From Heptranchias perlo (taxonomy: Eukaryota), in NCBI RefSeq assembly GCF_035084215.1, contig NW_027139559.1:5518001-5582000 (forward strand): a stretch of 64,000 nucleotides of DNA, in the 5' to 3' direction. Below are positions 34,400-46,400 of this stretch, piece after piece (within the stretch, counting starts at the first letter, position 1; each line of letters starts with the position of its first letter). A model generated the notes under the pieces. That model was not told the origin of the DNA. It worked only from the letters and a program-made list of their open reading frames with translations, and ran no database searches. The position numbers were made by a program, and so were the translations under genes.

Positions 34400-36550
34400 A
34401 AAGCCGGCACCATTAACCTATGGTACCAAGGCCATTTTCCAGCGGTTGCCCAATTTATTATCAGGTCGTTGATAATTCGTGCTCTGCACAGACCCAGAAA
34501 GTTGATATTTAATGATGTGTCTTCTGAAAATCGAAGTGCATTTAGGTGTCTACTCAAATAGCCCAGTGGCGGCATAAAACCTAACGTGGACTTCCCAGAA
34601 CAATAGTTTGTACCAATTTCACTCCACTGTCACTGGGATTTGTTAGACGATCATTAATAATATCCTGTAAAACGTACATCAGACTTTTCCTCCAGATCTG
34701 CTGCTCCATAAACTGTTACATGATTCTCCCTGTTTGGGTTTGGTTCCAATTTTCCAATGTGGCATCGTACTGCCCTCAGGTGCAAGCCATGCATTAACAG
34801 ACTTTTAAACTACCTGGAGGAGTCTGGGATGCTTCCTTACTTCGTTCGTTGGGAATCCAGGAATATATCCCAATTAGTACAGTTCAAATTCAAACTAAAC
34901 TTAGCATGCTGTAAATCAGAAATTAGAATAGTAATTGCGAGAAAAACAGAGCAGGCCCGTCAGAATCTGTAAAGATAGATGGTGTTGTAAGATCCTTACT
35001 GAGAACTAAAACCCACTCTCTGGAACTGTCTGACCTCCTAAGCCCCACGCTATCCTTTCTGTGTAGAGATGCCGCAGAGCTACAGATTTTTGCAGCATTT
35101 TCTGTTGTTATTAACGATGTTATCCCGTCGGGTCTGCTCATCCAATGTGAATCAAAGGCTTCGACTTCCTTTGCAGCACACACTTTTTTCTCCCCTTAGT
35201 ATATTACAGATCCCAGGTCAATCTTCCCCGAAACTAAAGTCGCCCATTGTCTTCATTTTAGAAGACTGAGGTAAAGATCTCATTGCTGCAATCACAGCAT
35301 TTCCTTCAGGTGAAATTTCTGCTGCTCGTTCCTTCCAAATACCTTTGTGTTGTAACTCAGTTTCCTGCTTGAACTTGTGGAGATGATTCATCTTGATATA
35401 ACCAATCATCTGTTTTCTTCTTGCCCTCCTATCATGTCGTTTTACTGCTAAAGGATGGTCATTTTTGGAAATGAAGAAATCGCCAAACCCCTTCAGATAA
35501 GAGTGACCTTGGAACACACACTGTGAAATAAACCCCACTCATTTTATGGAAGGATGATAATCTAATGTGTTTAAATCAGAGATCACTGTAGACAAGTATA
35601 TGGTCATATCTGAGAAGCTAGAAGGAGAGAGAATGGAAGTGATTACAATCAGTCTGGAAACAGGTTTTATAACACTCCCCTCTGGAGCATTGGCATCATT
35701 GAGAGAAACGGAGCAATTTTAGTGCAAGATTACAAAACAAAGTTTTAATATTGGACACCCCCACAGTGGACCAAAGTGACGTGCCCATTGGCAATGGGCA
35801 CTTTGGTCCACTGTGGGGGTGTTGGATAGTTCAGAGTTGACATCCCAGTTGAATATAATGAAGGCGGATTTTTAATTTTCAGAGTAATACATTAAGCTTT
35901 CAGCGAGAACGCGGTGGGAGGATTCTTTGAGATTGTATCTCATGCATAAAGTAACGATCTCGACGGTCAGAGTGACTCTTTCACTTTAAAACTGGAGGAG
36001 TGTTTTCCCACTTTCTGGTAGTATTTCCGTTCCTGCTCTCAAGGTGTAGATATCGAGCAAGTGTGGACAAGGTATATCATCGACAGGTCATGGACTTCCT
36101 CACTTTACACTCTTCAAACAATGCGTCTTAAAGCTCAACCTTCCAAAAGCGCTCTTTCCTCGGCCTGAGTGGCAGTTTGTATTTCTCGACACTGTCTACC
36201 TTCTCTAAGTGAAAGAGCAAAATCGGTGCCAAATGGTGCAGAACATCTGTAGATTGGTGCTGAGGGCACGTTTGCTTTCGCCGTTGATTTGATTGGTCGG
36301 ACCGAGGCAATCTCATTTCAGACCCAAGCTTTAGAGCTGGAAAATATAGGACCTTTACATGAGGTTTATTGGAACCCACCACATACAGGCCACAGGGCAG
36401 CGTTTGACATCCAACATCAGTCAGTCTGATTGGTGAAGGTTTGTATCACCAGAGCGGGCAAAATGAGGTCCCCATTTAAAACCAGTCAGTTCTCGAATAG
36501 TGGAATGGTCGGATATATTGTGGAGGACATCATCCAAAGAAGCCAGAGGG
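34400..36550 (-). mobile_element. Possible highly decayed L1/Tx1-like LINE
   Basis: Weak minus-strand motif remnants occur in the expected order: GDLILP (~GDFN), SDQ (~SDH), FWKVEL (~WKLN), VFQGHSY (~VRQGCPLS). Confidence 0.3.
35755..35822. repeat. Fold-back palindrome (31-bp stem, 5-nt bulge, 1-nt loop)
   Basis: ACACCCCCACAGTGGACCAAAGTG[ACGTG]CCCATTG-G-CAATGGGCACTTTGGTCCACTGTGGGGGTGT. Confidence 0.95.
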
Positions 36551-36722
36551 AAGAAAGCAACGAGCCCAGATGGGCTCTGTCCTAATAGCTCAGCAGAAAT
36601 AAGCTGAGAAAACTCATAACAGCCGACAGTAAGTATGATTTAATTTTTTGAGTATGTTGCAGTCGTTATTACCCGTGGTTTCAACATGACACAATGAAAT
36701 GACCATTCCCTCTTCTTTCCAG

Positions 36723-37043
36723 GTGTATGTCATGAGACAGACATTTCTGTCATCATACTGAACCCTTCTTTTGAAGAGATTTGGACCAAACGAACAGCGA
36801 CCATTGTTTGTGAAGTCGTTTATAGCGATTTAGAAAACGTCAGCGTCTCCTGGCAAGTGGATGGGAGTCGGAGAACGGAAGGAGTGGAGACTCAGGCTCC
36901 TGAGTGGAATGGAAGTAAATCCACAATCGTTAGTAAACTGAAAGTCACCACGACAGAATGGGGCAGTGGGGTTGAATATTTGTGCTTCGTGGAAGACATT
37001 GAATTGCCAACACCAGTGAAAATCTCCACCAGAAAAGTAAAGG
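36723..37043 (+). CDS. IgNAR: IgNAR C4 exon
   Basis: TCTTTCCAG| (G)VCHETDISVIILNPSFEEIWTKRTATIVCEVVYSDLENVSVSWQVDG...EYLCFVEDIELPTPVKISTRKVK G|GTAAG. 321 nt, with an extra N-terminal Cys. Confidence 0.95.
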
Positions 37044-37119
37044 GTAAGCACAGATAATATTCGTTCTGAGACTGACCCTACTCCATCAATGGTCGTCAAA
37101 GATCATTCATTTTCTACAT

Positions 37120-37822
37120 TAAGGATAGTGATAGACTTCAAGATGATATCGACAGGCTGGTGGAATGGACGGACACATCGCAGATGAAATTCAACGCAGA
37201 AAAGTGTGAATTGATACCTTTAGGAAGGAAGAACGAGAAGAGGCAATATAAACTAAAGGGTACATTTCTGAAAGGGGAGCAGGAACAGAAAGACCTGGGG
37301 GTATATGTGCCTAAACCGTTGAAGGTGGCAGGGCAGGTTGAGAAAGCGATTAAGAAAGCTGAGGGGAACCTGGGCTTTATAAATAGAGGCAGAGAGTGCA
37401 AAAGCAAGGTGGTTATGATGAATCTTTATAAAACAGTGGTTCGATTACAACTGGAGTATTATGACCAGTTCTGGGCACCGCGCTTTAGGGAGGATGTGAA
37501 TGCCTTGGGGAGAGTGCAGAAGAGATTTGATGGAATGGTTCCAGGGAAGAAGGACTTCGGTACGTGGTTAGACTGGAGAAGATGGGGCTGTTTTCCTTAG
37601 AACAGAGAAGTTTACAAGAACATTTGATCGAGGTATTCAAAATCATGAAGGGTCGAAACTGTGTAGACAGAGAGAGACTGCTCCCATTGGATGAAGGGTC
37701 AAGAAACAGAGGGCATAATTTTGCAGGGATACGGGAATCGGGCAGGGGAGTGGGGCGAGCTGGATTGCTCTTGCAGAGAAACGGCACGTACTCGACGGGC
37801 CGTAACAATTCTATGATATCAT
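37120..37822 (+). mobile_element. CR1 LINE 3' portion
   Basis: QMKFNAEKCE...KDLGV, LYKTVVRLQLEY..QFWAP, and a TTCTATGA tail. Confidence 0.9.
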
Positions 37823-38170
37823 GAAATGCTCGTACAATCAGTGAAACATAGTCCGGGATCCTGCCATTCACCCCACGGGTAAAGAATAGCGAGAAAAATG
37901 TAAGCGGTTTGAAACTGTTGCGTCACAACAGTATCATCGTTATCCAAATATGAGATTGTCCCCAACTCTTAGCAAAATAACATCAGGTCACAATGAAAAC
38001 TCCCAAAAGAAAGAACATTAAAGAAATCCATGGCCCCGCAGAGAAATGTGTAAACTCTCTCAGATAACAATTCCAATTGTCCAAAGACGCAAATTACCAG
38101 CAGACGGGAATGCGAAGTGAAGGACGGACAAGAGACAGACTCAGTTTAACAAATATTGTTCTCTTTCCAG

Positions 38171-38553
38171 TTGACGGAATGTATCCTCCTAAAGTCTACG
38201 TCCTGCCTCCATCAGCGGTCGAGATTGTCACTGAGAAGACGGCAACCCTGGTGTGTTTAGCAACCGGCTTTTACCCTGCCGAGATTTACGTCGCGTGGTT
38301 GGCCAATGACACCCTTTTGGATTCAGGTTACACCACCCAACCGGACACGGAGAAGGAAAGTGGTTCCAGCTCCATTGTCAGCAGACTGAGAGTCACCGCA
38401 GCGGAGTGGAACGGCGGGACCACTTACTCCTGTTTAGTGGGACACCCGTCTCTCACAATGAATTTACACAGAAGTATAAATAAATCTTACGGTAAACCTA
38501 CTTTAGTTAATGTTTCACTAGTTCTAACCGACAGTTTTCAATCGTGTACATAA
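38171..38553 (+). CDS. IgNAR: IgNAR C5 exon plus secretory tailpiece (internal donor after 38491 used for the membrane form)
   Basis: CTTTCCAG| (V)DGMYPPKVYVLPPS...LVCLATGFYPAEIYVAW...YSCLVGHPSL...INKSY G|GTAAAC, then KPTLVNVSLVLTDSFQSCT* (TAA 38551-38553). Confidence 0.96.
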
Positions 38554-38838
38554 CCCCCCGTGGTTCAATAGCTGTTTTCTATAGAAGTGTTAGACCTGTT
38601 ATGTTCGGGCATCTGAGTCAGCCTCCAGATCAGCTAACGATTGTTTAGATATTTCGCAAATCTATGAGACTATATCAGTGAATGAAGGATAATTACGGTT
38701 ATAATCCGATAATGGTGAATAACCTTAATACCGCTTGATACAAGTTGCAATATTTTTGAAGATTCTTTGAAGGGTTCAGTGACGTTATTGGATAAACAGG
38801 AAATGATGCTTTAGACTGTATGTGGCTCCGCAAATCGC

Positions 38839-38844
38839 AATAAA
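38839..38844 (+). terminator. Polyadenylation signal for secretory IgNAR mRNA
   Basis: AATAAA ~290 nt after the stop, followed ~30 nt later by GT-rich GTTGTTTGTGTGCGTGTT. A second AATAAA is at 39077. Confidence 0.7.
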
Positions 38845-39134
38845 TGCAGAATGAAAACCTCCTGACTTCCCGATTCGTTGTTTGTGTGCGTGTTATCTTG
38901 GTGATGATGGTTTCAACCTTGATCCAGAAATCTATGGTGTCCATTGTCTAATATTCCACCTGTGCAACACGTTTCAATTCCCCAATTTTTTACAAACACT
39001 CGTGATGCTTTTAATCAGGTTACATTCATTCTCTGGTTTAAATTGACCCATGAGTTATCGACCTGTGAACGGAATTAATAAAGGTCGACTAACATCCGGT
39101 CACCCTTTCGAATGACAATTATTGACCAAGGCTG

Positions 39135-40270
39135 TTGATTGCCTGGTTCGATTCTTATCCATCCAGTCGTTGCTTGGGCATCTCCCGCAATGACTTCTTT
39201 TCCCGCTCCCACACCGTTACCTCTGGAGTCCCCCCACCGATCTATATTTGGATCCTCCTATTTCTCATCTTCGTGCTGCCCGTTGGCTACGTCATCTGAA
39301 AACAAAATGTCAGATTCTGCATGTATGCTGCCGACACCCAATTGTAACCCACTAGCACCACTCTCGATCCCTCCACTCTCTCTGATTTGTCACACTGCTT
39401 ATCCGACATCCATTATTAGATGAGCAGACATTTCCTCAAATTAAATATTGCGAAGACCAAAGCCATTATCTTTGGTCCCCACCACCAACTCTGTTCCCTA
39501 GTCACCGACTCCATCTCTCCACCTGCCCACTGTCTGAGGTTGAATCCCACTGTTCGCAGCCTCGAGTTCCTTATTGACCCTGAGCTGAGTTTCCGACTCC
39601 AGATACTCTCCATCACCATGACAGTCTACTTCCACCTCCATAACGTCGCCCGTCTCTGCGGCTGCCTCAACCCATCTGCTGCTGAAACTCTCATCCATGC
39701 ATTTGTTACCTCCAGACTTGACTATTCCAATGGTATCCTGGCCAGCCTCCCAGCTTCTATCCTCCGTAAACTTTACTCTGCTGTCCGTATTCTAACTCAC
39801 AACAATTTAAGTCCATTCATCACCCCTGTGTTCGGTGAGCTAAATTGGCTCCCAGTCTGGCAATACCTCAGTTTTAAAATTCTCATCCTCGTGTCCAAAT
39901 TCCTCCATAGCCCTCGTCCCCTCCCTATTTCTGTAACCTCCTCCAGCCCTACAACCCTCCGAGATCTCTGCGTTCCTCCAGTTCTGGCCTCTTGTCCATC
40001 CATGGTTTTCATCTCTCCACTATTGGCGGCCGTGCCTTCAACTGACTTGGCTCTAACCTCTGAGATTCTCTCCCTAAACCTCTGCGACTCTCCAACTCTC
40101 TCTGTTTTAACACCCTGTATAAACCTACCTCTTTCCCCAACCATTTGGTCATCTGTCCTAATATCTCCTTATATGGCTCGGTATCAAATTTTGTCTGATT
40201 GCGCTCATGTGAAGCGCGTTGAGTCGTTTTCCTGCGTTAAAGGCGCTATATAAATGAAAGTATTCTTGTT
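39135..40270 (+). mobile_element. L2 LINE 3' portion
   Basis: ORF 39420..40253 has FLKLNIAKTK, AETLIHAFVTSRLDYSN..L, ITPV...LNWLPV and FKIL, with tail AAAGGCGCTATATAAATG. Confidence 0.9.
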
Positions 40271-40343
40271 CTTATATTGAGCTATCAATCCATGCCATTG
40301 TAAAAGGTTTCATTGAGTTTGGAACTATCCTCTTATCAGTTTC

Positions 40344-40810
40344 GTGTCATCTTGGCTCATTGACAGCTCTCTGGGTTCTGAATTCGAAGATTCTGGGTTC
40401 AAGCTCCTCTCCAGGACTTCGGCCCATAATCTAGGCTAACACTCCAGCACAATAATCATGGGGGTGCTGATTTGTCGAAGGTGTGGCGTTTCAGATGAGA
40501 CGCTTCTCCTGGGCCCCGTCGGGCTTTTCACCTGGGTGTTAAAGATCCCATGGGAGATTAAAGGAGCAGCGAACTCTCCCGCAATCTGGGACCTATATTC
40601 CGTCCTGAACCTACACTATTTAAAAAAAAACCTAAGCGTCCCATTAACGACAGTGATGCTCTTAGACCTTTGTTATGGGTTTATTGGCTGCGGGGTTGTT
40701 TATAAAAGTAACAGCGATTACACTTTAAAATGTAATTATTTGGTTGTGAAACTTTTGGGACCTCCTGTGGGGGTGAAAGGCGATCTATGAAGTGGAACCA
40801 TTGTTTCTTA
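40344..40810 (+). mobile_element. Diverged Deu-domain SINE
   Basis: tRNA-like head (TGGCTCA..., GGGTTCAAG), core TTTCAGATGAGACG, tail GAAAGGCGATCTATG. Confidence 0.6.
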
Positions 40811-41384
40811 TCATCGTCGTCATTCTGGCTGATATCACTTCAGTTCAAACACAGGTCAGGGAGAAGCATAGATTCGGCCAATGGAAAGCTGAGCGACAGA
40901 GATGAAGAATATTCTTTGAGAATCCCAGCCGACAGCGAGTCCTTGCCGCCAACGGTGGCGCTGCATTTTCTTCCCAAGAGAAAAACAGGACGTTATTTCG
41001 AGTGTCCCGTTGAAACTTGATAAGCGCAGACGCTCCGCCTGAACAAATTGTCCAGGTTGGAGAATTGGTGGGCAGGGCGACATCCAGGCCCATCCGTAAA
41101 GACTCACCACCTTCTGAAAGGCGGGAAAAAACTAGTCTTGAAAAAATAGAACAGCACGAAGCCATTACACCAATCACCTTAAGCACAGTTCATTCTGTTA
41201 AGTTTCTGTTACAATTGGTATCCTGTGGGAGTCACAAGGCAGGAGACGAAACAATTGTTTTGAGATCGGCCAGGTCAGGGAAGGCTGCACCTGGTGGTCA
41301 GGTATGGGAAAATACGCTCACGTATCCAACGTTGGGCAACTATCATGACTGGCTGGCGGAGAGCCAAGCTGATGTTGCTGAATC

Positions 41385-41725
41385 TTGGTACCTCCATCTG
41401 GAGGAGCTGCCGTTCCATCACATATGGTATCTGTCCATGCTGGAGGATATCTCGGTGACTGGGTGGAGCTGCCATTCTAAGGGGTATGCTATTGATCCAT
41501 TCCGGTGGATATCTCGATGAACTAGTGGAGCCTCCTTTCTATTGGATAAGGTAAGTATCCATTCCGGTGGATATCTCAGTGAGTTGGTGGAGCCGCAGTT
41601 ATATGGGGTGTGGTATCTCTCCATGCTGGAGGATATCTCTCCATGCTGGAGGATATCTCCGCGAGTGGATGGAGCCGCTGTTCTATGGGCTATGGTATCT
41701 CTCCATGCTGGAGGTTATCTCGCTG
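41385..41725. repeat. Irregular tandem repeat (TGGTATCTCTCCATGCTGGAGGATATCTC...GGTGGAGC core)
   Basis: The core recurs ~7 times with variable spacing. Confidence 0.8.
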
Positions 41726-43178
41726 TGCTGCTTATCTCACACTGCAAATAACACATCCTTCAGTTCGTGGCTCGACGTATGCCCAGCTGCACCGAGTAAG
41801 TGAGCAAATTGATGTGCTGTCCTTCTCACGGTGCCAATCTGTGAATCCCACAATATGTAATCAGATGATGCTAAAGAAGTGCATTCGAACTCGGATAGCT
41901 CACCGTAGATTCAGCTTCGGTGTAATTGGACAGGACTTGCTTTGGGGTCTGTTTTGCGGCCCAGCTTGGTGCTATTTAGATCACGCAGCATGTCAGTTCA
42001 ATGTAGAATAACACTCGTAGAGTGAAGCTTATGATTTGTAAATGACCATACGAATTTGTAACAATATGACAAAGTTTACTCTGCGCCAGGTCAGTCACTA
42101 CTGCGATTATGATGCTTTGAGTTTCAGAATCCAATCGCCCACACTCAATGCAAATACAAAGCCCTACCCTCACCCCACCTCCCGAAATATCGGCCAGGAT
42201 TATCATAACCTGAGAGTCTACATGATCCGAGATTTGTCAGTGGTGACACATTCCGAAGTTTAAATGAATTATTAACTTCATTTTCAATTCTGACTCTCAT
42301 GGCCAAAACGTACGGGGTAAATGTACATATCGTGTTTATATCACGGAATATTAGTGGCACCATCCAGGAATATACGCTGCGGTGTGTTATAGATTTCACG
42401 AGATAATAATAATAGAAAAAACAAAAAATTACTAAAGAAATATATCACGTCAGGAATACGAAACCGAACAGAATGTCAGCGTCATCACCGTAAATCACAA
42501 CTAAATCCAATGACAATGATGCAGGTCTAACGCCACTGTATAGATGACAATGTAAAATAGTTTATATATAGTCCTATTTCAGAATGTGTCTGTATCTGCA
42601 AGCAACATTTGATATAAAATGTCAAAAGGTTTCGACAGTCGAACATAAAGTGCGCTGATCAGTCAAAGTTGAATCTTTAGCCCGCAGTGTTTCCCTGCCC
42701 CCGCTTTACTGCCGATCTCTTATGTCATTCTATGTGAGCCGCAAGAGATTTGGTCCGATAATCAGATCACCTTCTGTTCAGAATGGCATCGAGTTTCATT
42801 CTTTTAGATATAATTTCGTTCATTTTGTTGTTATCAGCTTTCAAATGCGAAATTAATTTTAATGGAAAGCACTTATCAGCATCGTAAAGCTTTTTATTCG
42901 CTGAAACGTAAAATGGACGGATATATTTGCCGAGTAAAATCAATCCTCCGTTTATATACAATATCTGAACTCTACTATCACTATAAGCGAACCCCCAATA
43001 TTCTGAAAATCACCGTAATCGATATCGGGCTGGTTAATGTGTTAACTATATTTTTATGTTCCGTTAGTTCAAATTCGAATCCCTCACGATTGCCTGTTTC
43101 ATTCTATTGCAGCGCCTTTGTATCTATTCTGTTCTTAACATGACCACCTTTCTAACAATATCAATCTATTGGTTCTAG

Positions 43179-43336
43179 AAACCCCTCAATTAAAGGACGA
43201 TCCAGAAGACCCCGAGGTAGAGGAAGAAGGATTAGAAAACTTATATGAGGATGGCAGCACGGCATCAACAGTGATCGCTTTCGTGATTCTGTTTATTCTC
43301 AGTATGCTGTACAGTACATTTGTAACCGTACTTAAG
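43179..43336 (+). CDS. IgNAR: IgNAR transmembrane exon 1
   Basis: GGTTCTAG| (E)TPQLKDDPEDPEVEEEGLENLYEDGSTASTVIAFVILFILSMLYSTFVTVLK|GTAATA. Acidic spacer plus the conserved antigen-receptor TM motif (F..LF..S..YS..VT), in phase with the C5 internal donor. Confidence 0.93.
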
Positions 43337-43449
43337 GTAATATCATCTTTCAATAGCACAGTGACATTGTGTAAATTCAGTAGAAAGCTGAGTTCATACC
43401 TTAGATATAACCTGGGTACAAATGATGAACAAAATATTCTAATCTAAGC

Positions 43450-46400
43450 ACAATGAACATAACAGTATTAGATTGGACTTCATTACTCGTTCCCAAGTGA
43501 TTAACTAGCACATTTATAAATCCTCCTGAATATGATAACAACAGAGGAACGCAAGTGTACGACAATTATTGAGACATTTCAGCAGAAGAAAATACCAATA
43601 ATGGGAAGTATTACTTTATATCTAGATTGGGGAAGGTTAGAATACACTAAAAAGGAAAGAGATTTATCGAATGTTTCTGAGTGATAATCCAAAAATAGTT
43701 AGCAATATCTTGATAAGGAAGCATCCTGGGACGACTGAGCGTGACGTGCTTGAAGTCACCATCAAATTTGCGAGGGAGAAAGGAGATCAGCAAACAGTGA
43801 CTTAGCACTTAAACCTGCCTCACTATGAAGATATAAGGAAAGTATTGACGGCGGAAGGATGGGATAAAATTTCAGTCGGTAAATCGATGGACAAATAGTG
43901 CAATTGATTCAAGAAGGTGATCAGCGAGCAAAAGAAAACACAATCCCAGAAATGGAAATTGTAAATGGAGGATGTCATTATGGTGAAATTAAATAGTTAG
44001 AGCCAGAATTAAACAAAAGGGGAAAGGTTATGTCAAGGCGAAGACAATGGAAAGTTTGACAGCCAGAACTATTATCAAAAATAAAAGGATATCATGAAAT
44101 TATGAAATGCACCATCAGATAGGCAACAATTCCAAGGGATATGAAGGAGAATATCAAATATTTTATCGTTGCATCAAAAGAAATAGAATGATAGAAGTGC
44201 AGATGGGGTTCTTACAAAGGAACAGAGGAACAGGAGTAGGCAATTCAGCCCCTCCAGCCAGTTCCACCATTCACTGAGATCATGGACGAACTGTATCTCA
44301 ACTCTATTTACCCGCCTTGGTTCCATATCCCTTAATACCCTTACTTAACAACAATCTATCAATCTCAGTTTTGATATTTTCAATTTTGGTAGCCTCAGTA
44401 CCTTTTTGGGGGAGAGTGTTCCAGATTTCCACTGCCCTTTGTGTGAAGAAATGCTTCCTGACATCACCTATATACGGATTAGCTCAAATTTGAAAACCAT
44501 GCCCCCCTTGTTCTGGACTCCCCCATCAGAGGAAGTAGTTTCTCTCTATCTACGCTTTCCAATCCTTTAATCATCTTAAACACTAAAACGCTAGAGGTAC
44601 GAAAGGAATACTTCGCATCCGTCTTCATTAGAGAAGAGGATGCTGCCATTGCAGCGTTAAAGGAGGAGGTAGTAGCGATATTGGATAGGATAAAAATAGA
44701 TAAAGTGGAGGTACTTAAAAGATTGGCAGTCCTCAAAGTAGAACAGTCACCCGAACAAGATGGGATCCATCCAAGATTAGTGAGGGAAGTAAGAGTGGAA
44801 ATTGCGGAGGTTCTGACCACAATCTTCCAATCCTCCCAAGATATGGAGACGGTGCCAGAGGGCTCAAGGATTACAAATGTGAACCCCTGTACAAAAAATT
44901 GAAAAAGAAAAACCCGGCGATTACACGCTGGTCGGACAAACGTCGGTAGTGGGGATAATTTCAGAGACAATAACCATGGCATTTGGAAAAGTTTGGGCTA
45001 ATAAATGAAAGTCAGCAGGCATTTATTAAAGGCAAATCGTGTTTGACTAATTTGATTGAGTTCTTTCCTGAAGTAGCGGAGAGGGTTGATGAGGTTAGTG
45101 CGGTTGACGTTGTGTATATGGACTTTCAAATGCCATTTGATAAAGTACCGCACAATAGACGTGTTGGCAAAATTAAATCCCGTGGGTTTGAAGGGGCAGT
45201 GGCAGCGTGGACGTAAAAATTGGCTCAGGGACAGAAAACAGAGAGTAGTGGTAAATGGTCGTTTTTCAGACAGAGTGGTGTTCCCCAGGGGTCAGTATTA
45301 GGACCACTGCTCTTTTCGATATATATTAATGACCTGGAACTGGGTATACAGGGTACAATTTCAAAGATTGCAGATGACACGAAACTCGGAAATGTAGTAC
45401 GAAAGTAAAGACATTATGCTAAACGTTCATAAAACGCATGTTACGCTTCAGCTGGAGTATTGTGTGGAATTCTGGACATCACACCTTAGGATCACGTCGA
45501 GGCCTTAGAGGCGGTGCAGAAGAGATTTACTAGAATGGTACCAGGGATGATGGACTTCAGTTATGTGGAGCAGATGGGGTTGTTCCCTTTAGAACAAAGA
45601 AGGTTTAGGGGAGATTTGATAGAGGTGTTCAAAATCATGATCGGTTTTGGTAGAGTAAATAAAGGTAACTGTTACCAGAATTGTTGGGAACCAGAGGATA
45701 CAGATTTACGATGATCAGCAAAGGAGCCACACGTGACATGAAGAAACACTTTTTTATGCAGCGAGTTTTAATGATCTGGAATGCATTGATGGAAGGGTGG
45801 TGGAAACAGATTCAGTGGTAACTTTCAAAGGGAATTGGATAAATACTTGAAGGATACAAAATGTACCGGGCTATGGGCAAAGAGCAGGTAGGTGGGACTA
45901 TTTGTATAGCGCCTGGTGAACGACGGGCCGAAAGGCCTCCTCCCGTGCTGTACTGTGATATGATACTTCGATACCATGAATTCGATGCCCCCTTAATCTT
46001 CTATACAAGTCTAGTAAATGCAAGCTGTCCTAATGAATTGCCCCCTTTAGCCCCCGATATCATTTTGGTGAATCTGCGCTGCACCGTTTCCAGGGCCAAA
46101 ATAGCCTTCCTGAGATGCGGTGCCCAGAACTGAATGCCATTGAATTAGATCATGGACGATGTGTATCTCAACTCCATTGGATAAATACTTGAATGGAAAA
46201 ATTATACAGGACTATGAGGAAAGAGCAGGGAAATGGGACCTATTGGATCGGTCTTTAAAAGAGCCGGCATAGTCACGATGGGCCTAATGCCCTACTTCCG
46301 TGCTGTACTATACTACGATGCTATCATACCATTAATTAAATGTCCCTTGAATCTTCTGTACAAGCTTTGTCCATGCACCCTGCTATCATGAATTGTCCAT

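Noticed and set aside
18013-38553. Alternative identity as IgW or NAR-TCR
   Set aside because: The VNAR-type V, three Ds, DGAGTVLTVN J, five C domains with IgNAR-like sequence and an Ig secretory tail fit IgNAR. No supporting TCR-delta V is present.
39420-40253. 277-aa ORF after the secretory exon
   Set aside because: L2 LINE ORF2 remnant with a frameshifted C-terminus.
43337-43447. TM1 read-through giving a 36-aa cytoplasmic tail with tyrosines
   Set aside because: No ITAM, ITIM or ITT consensus and no nearby poly(A) signal, while a good TM2 exon exists.
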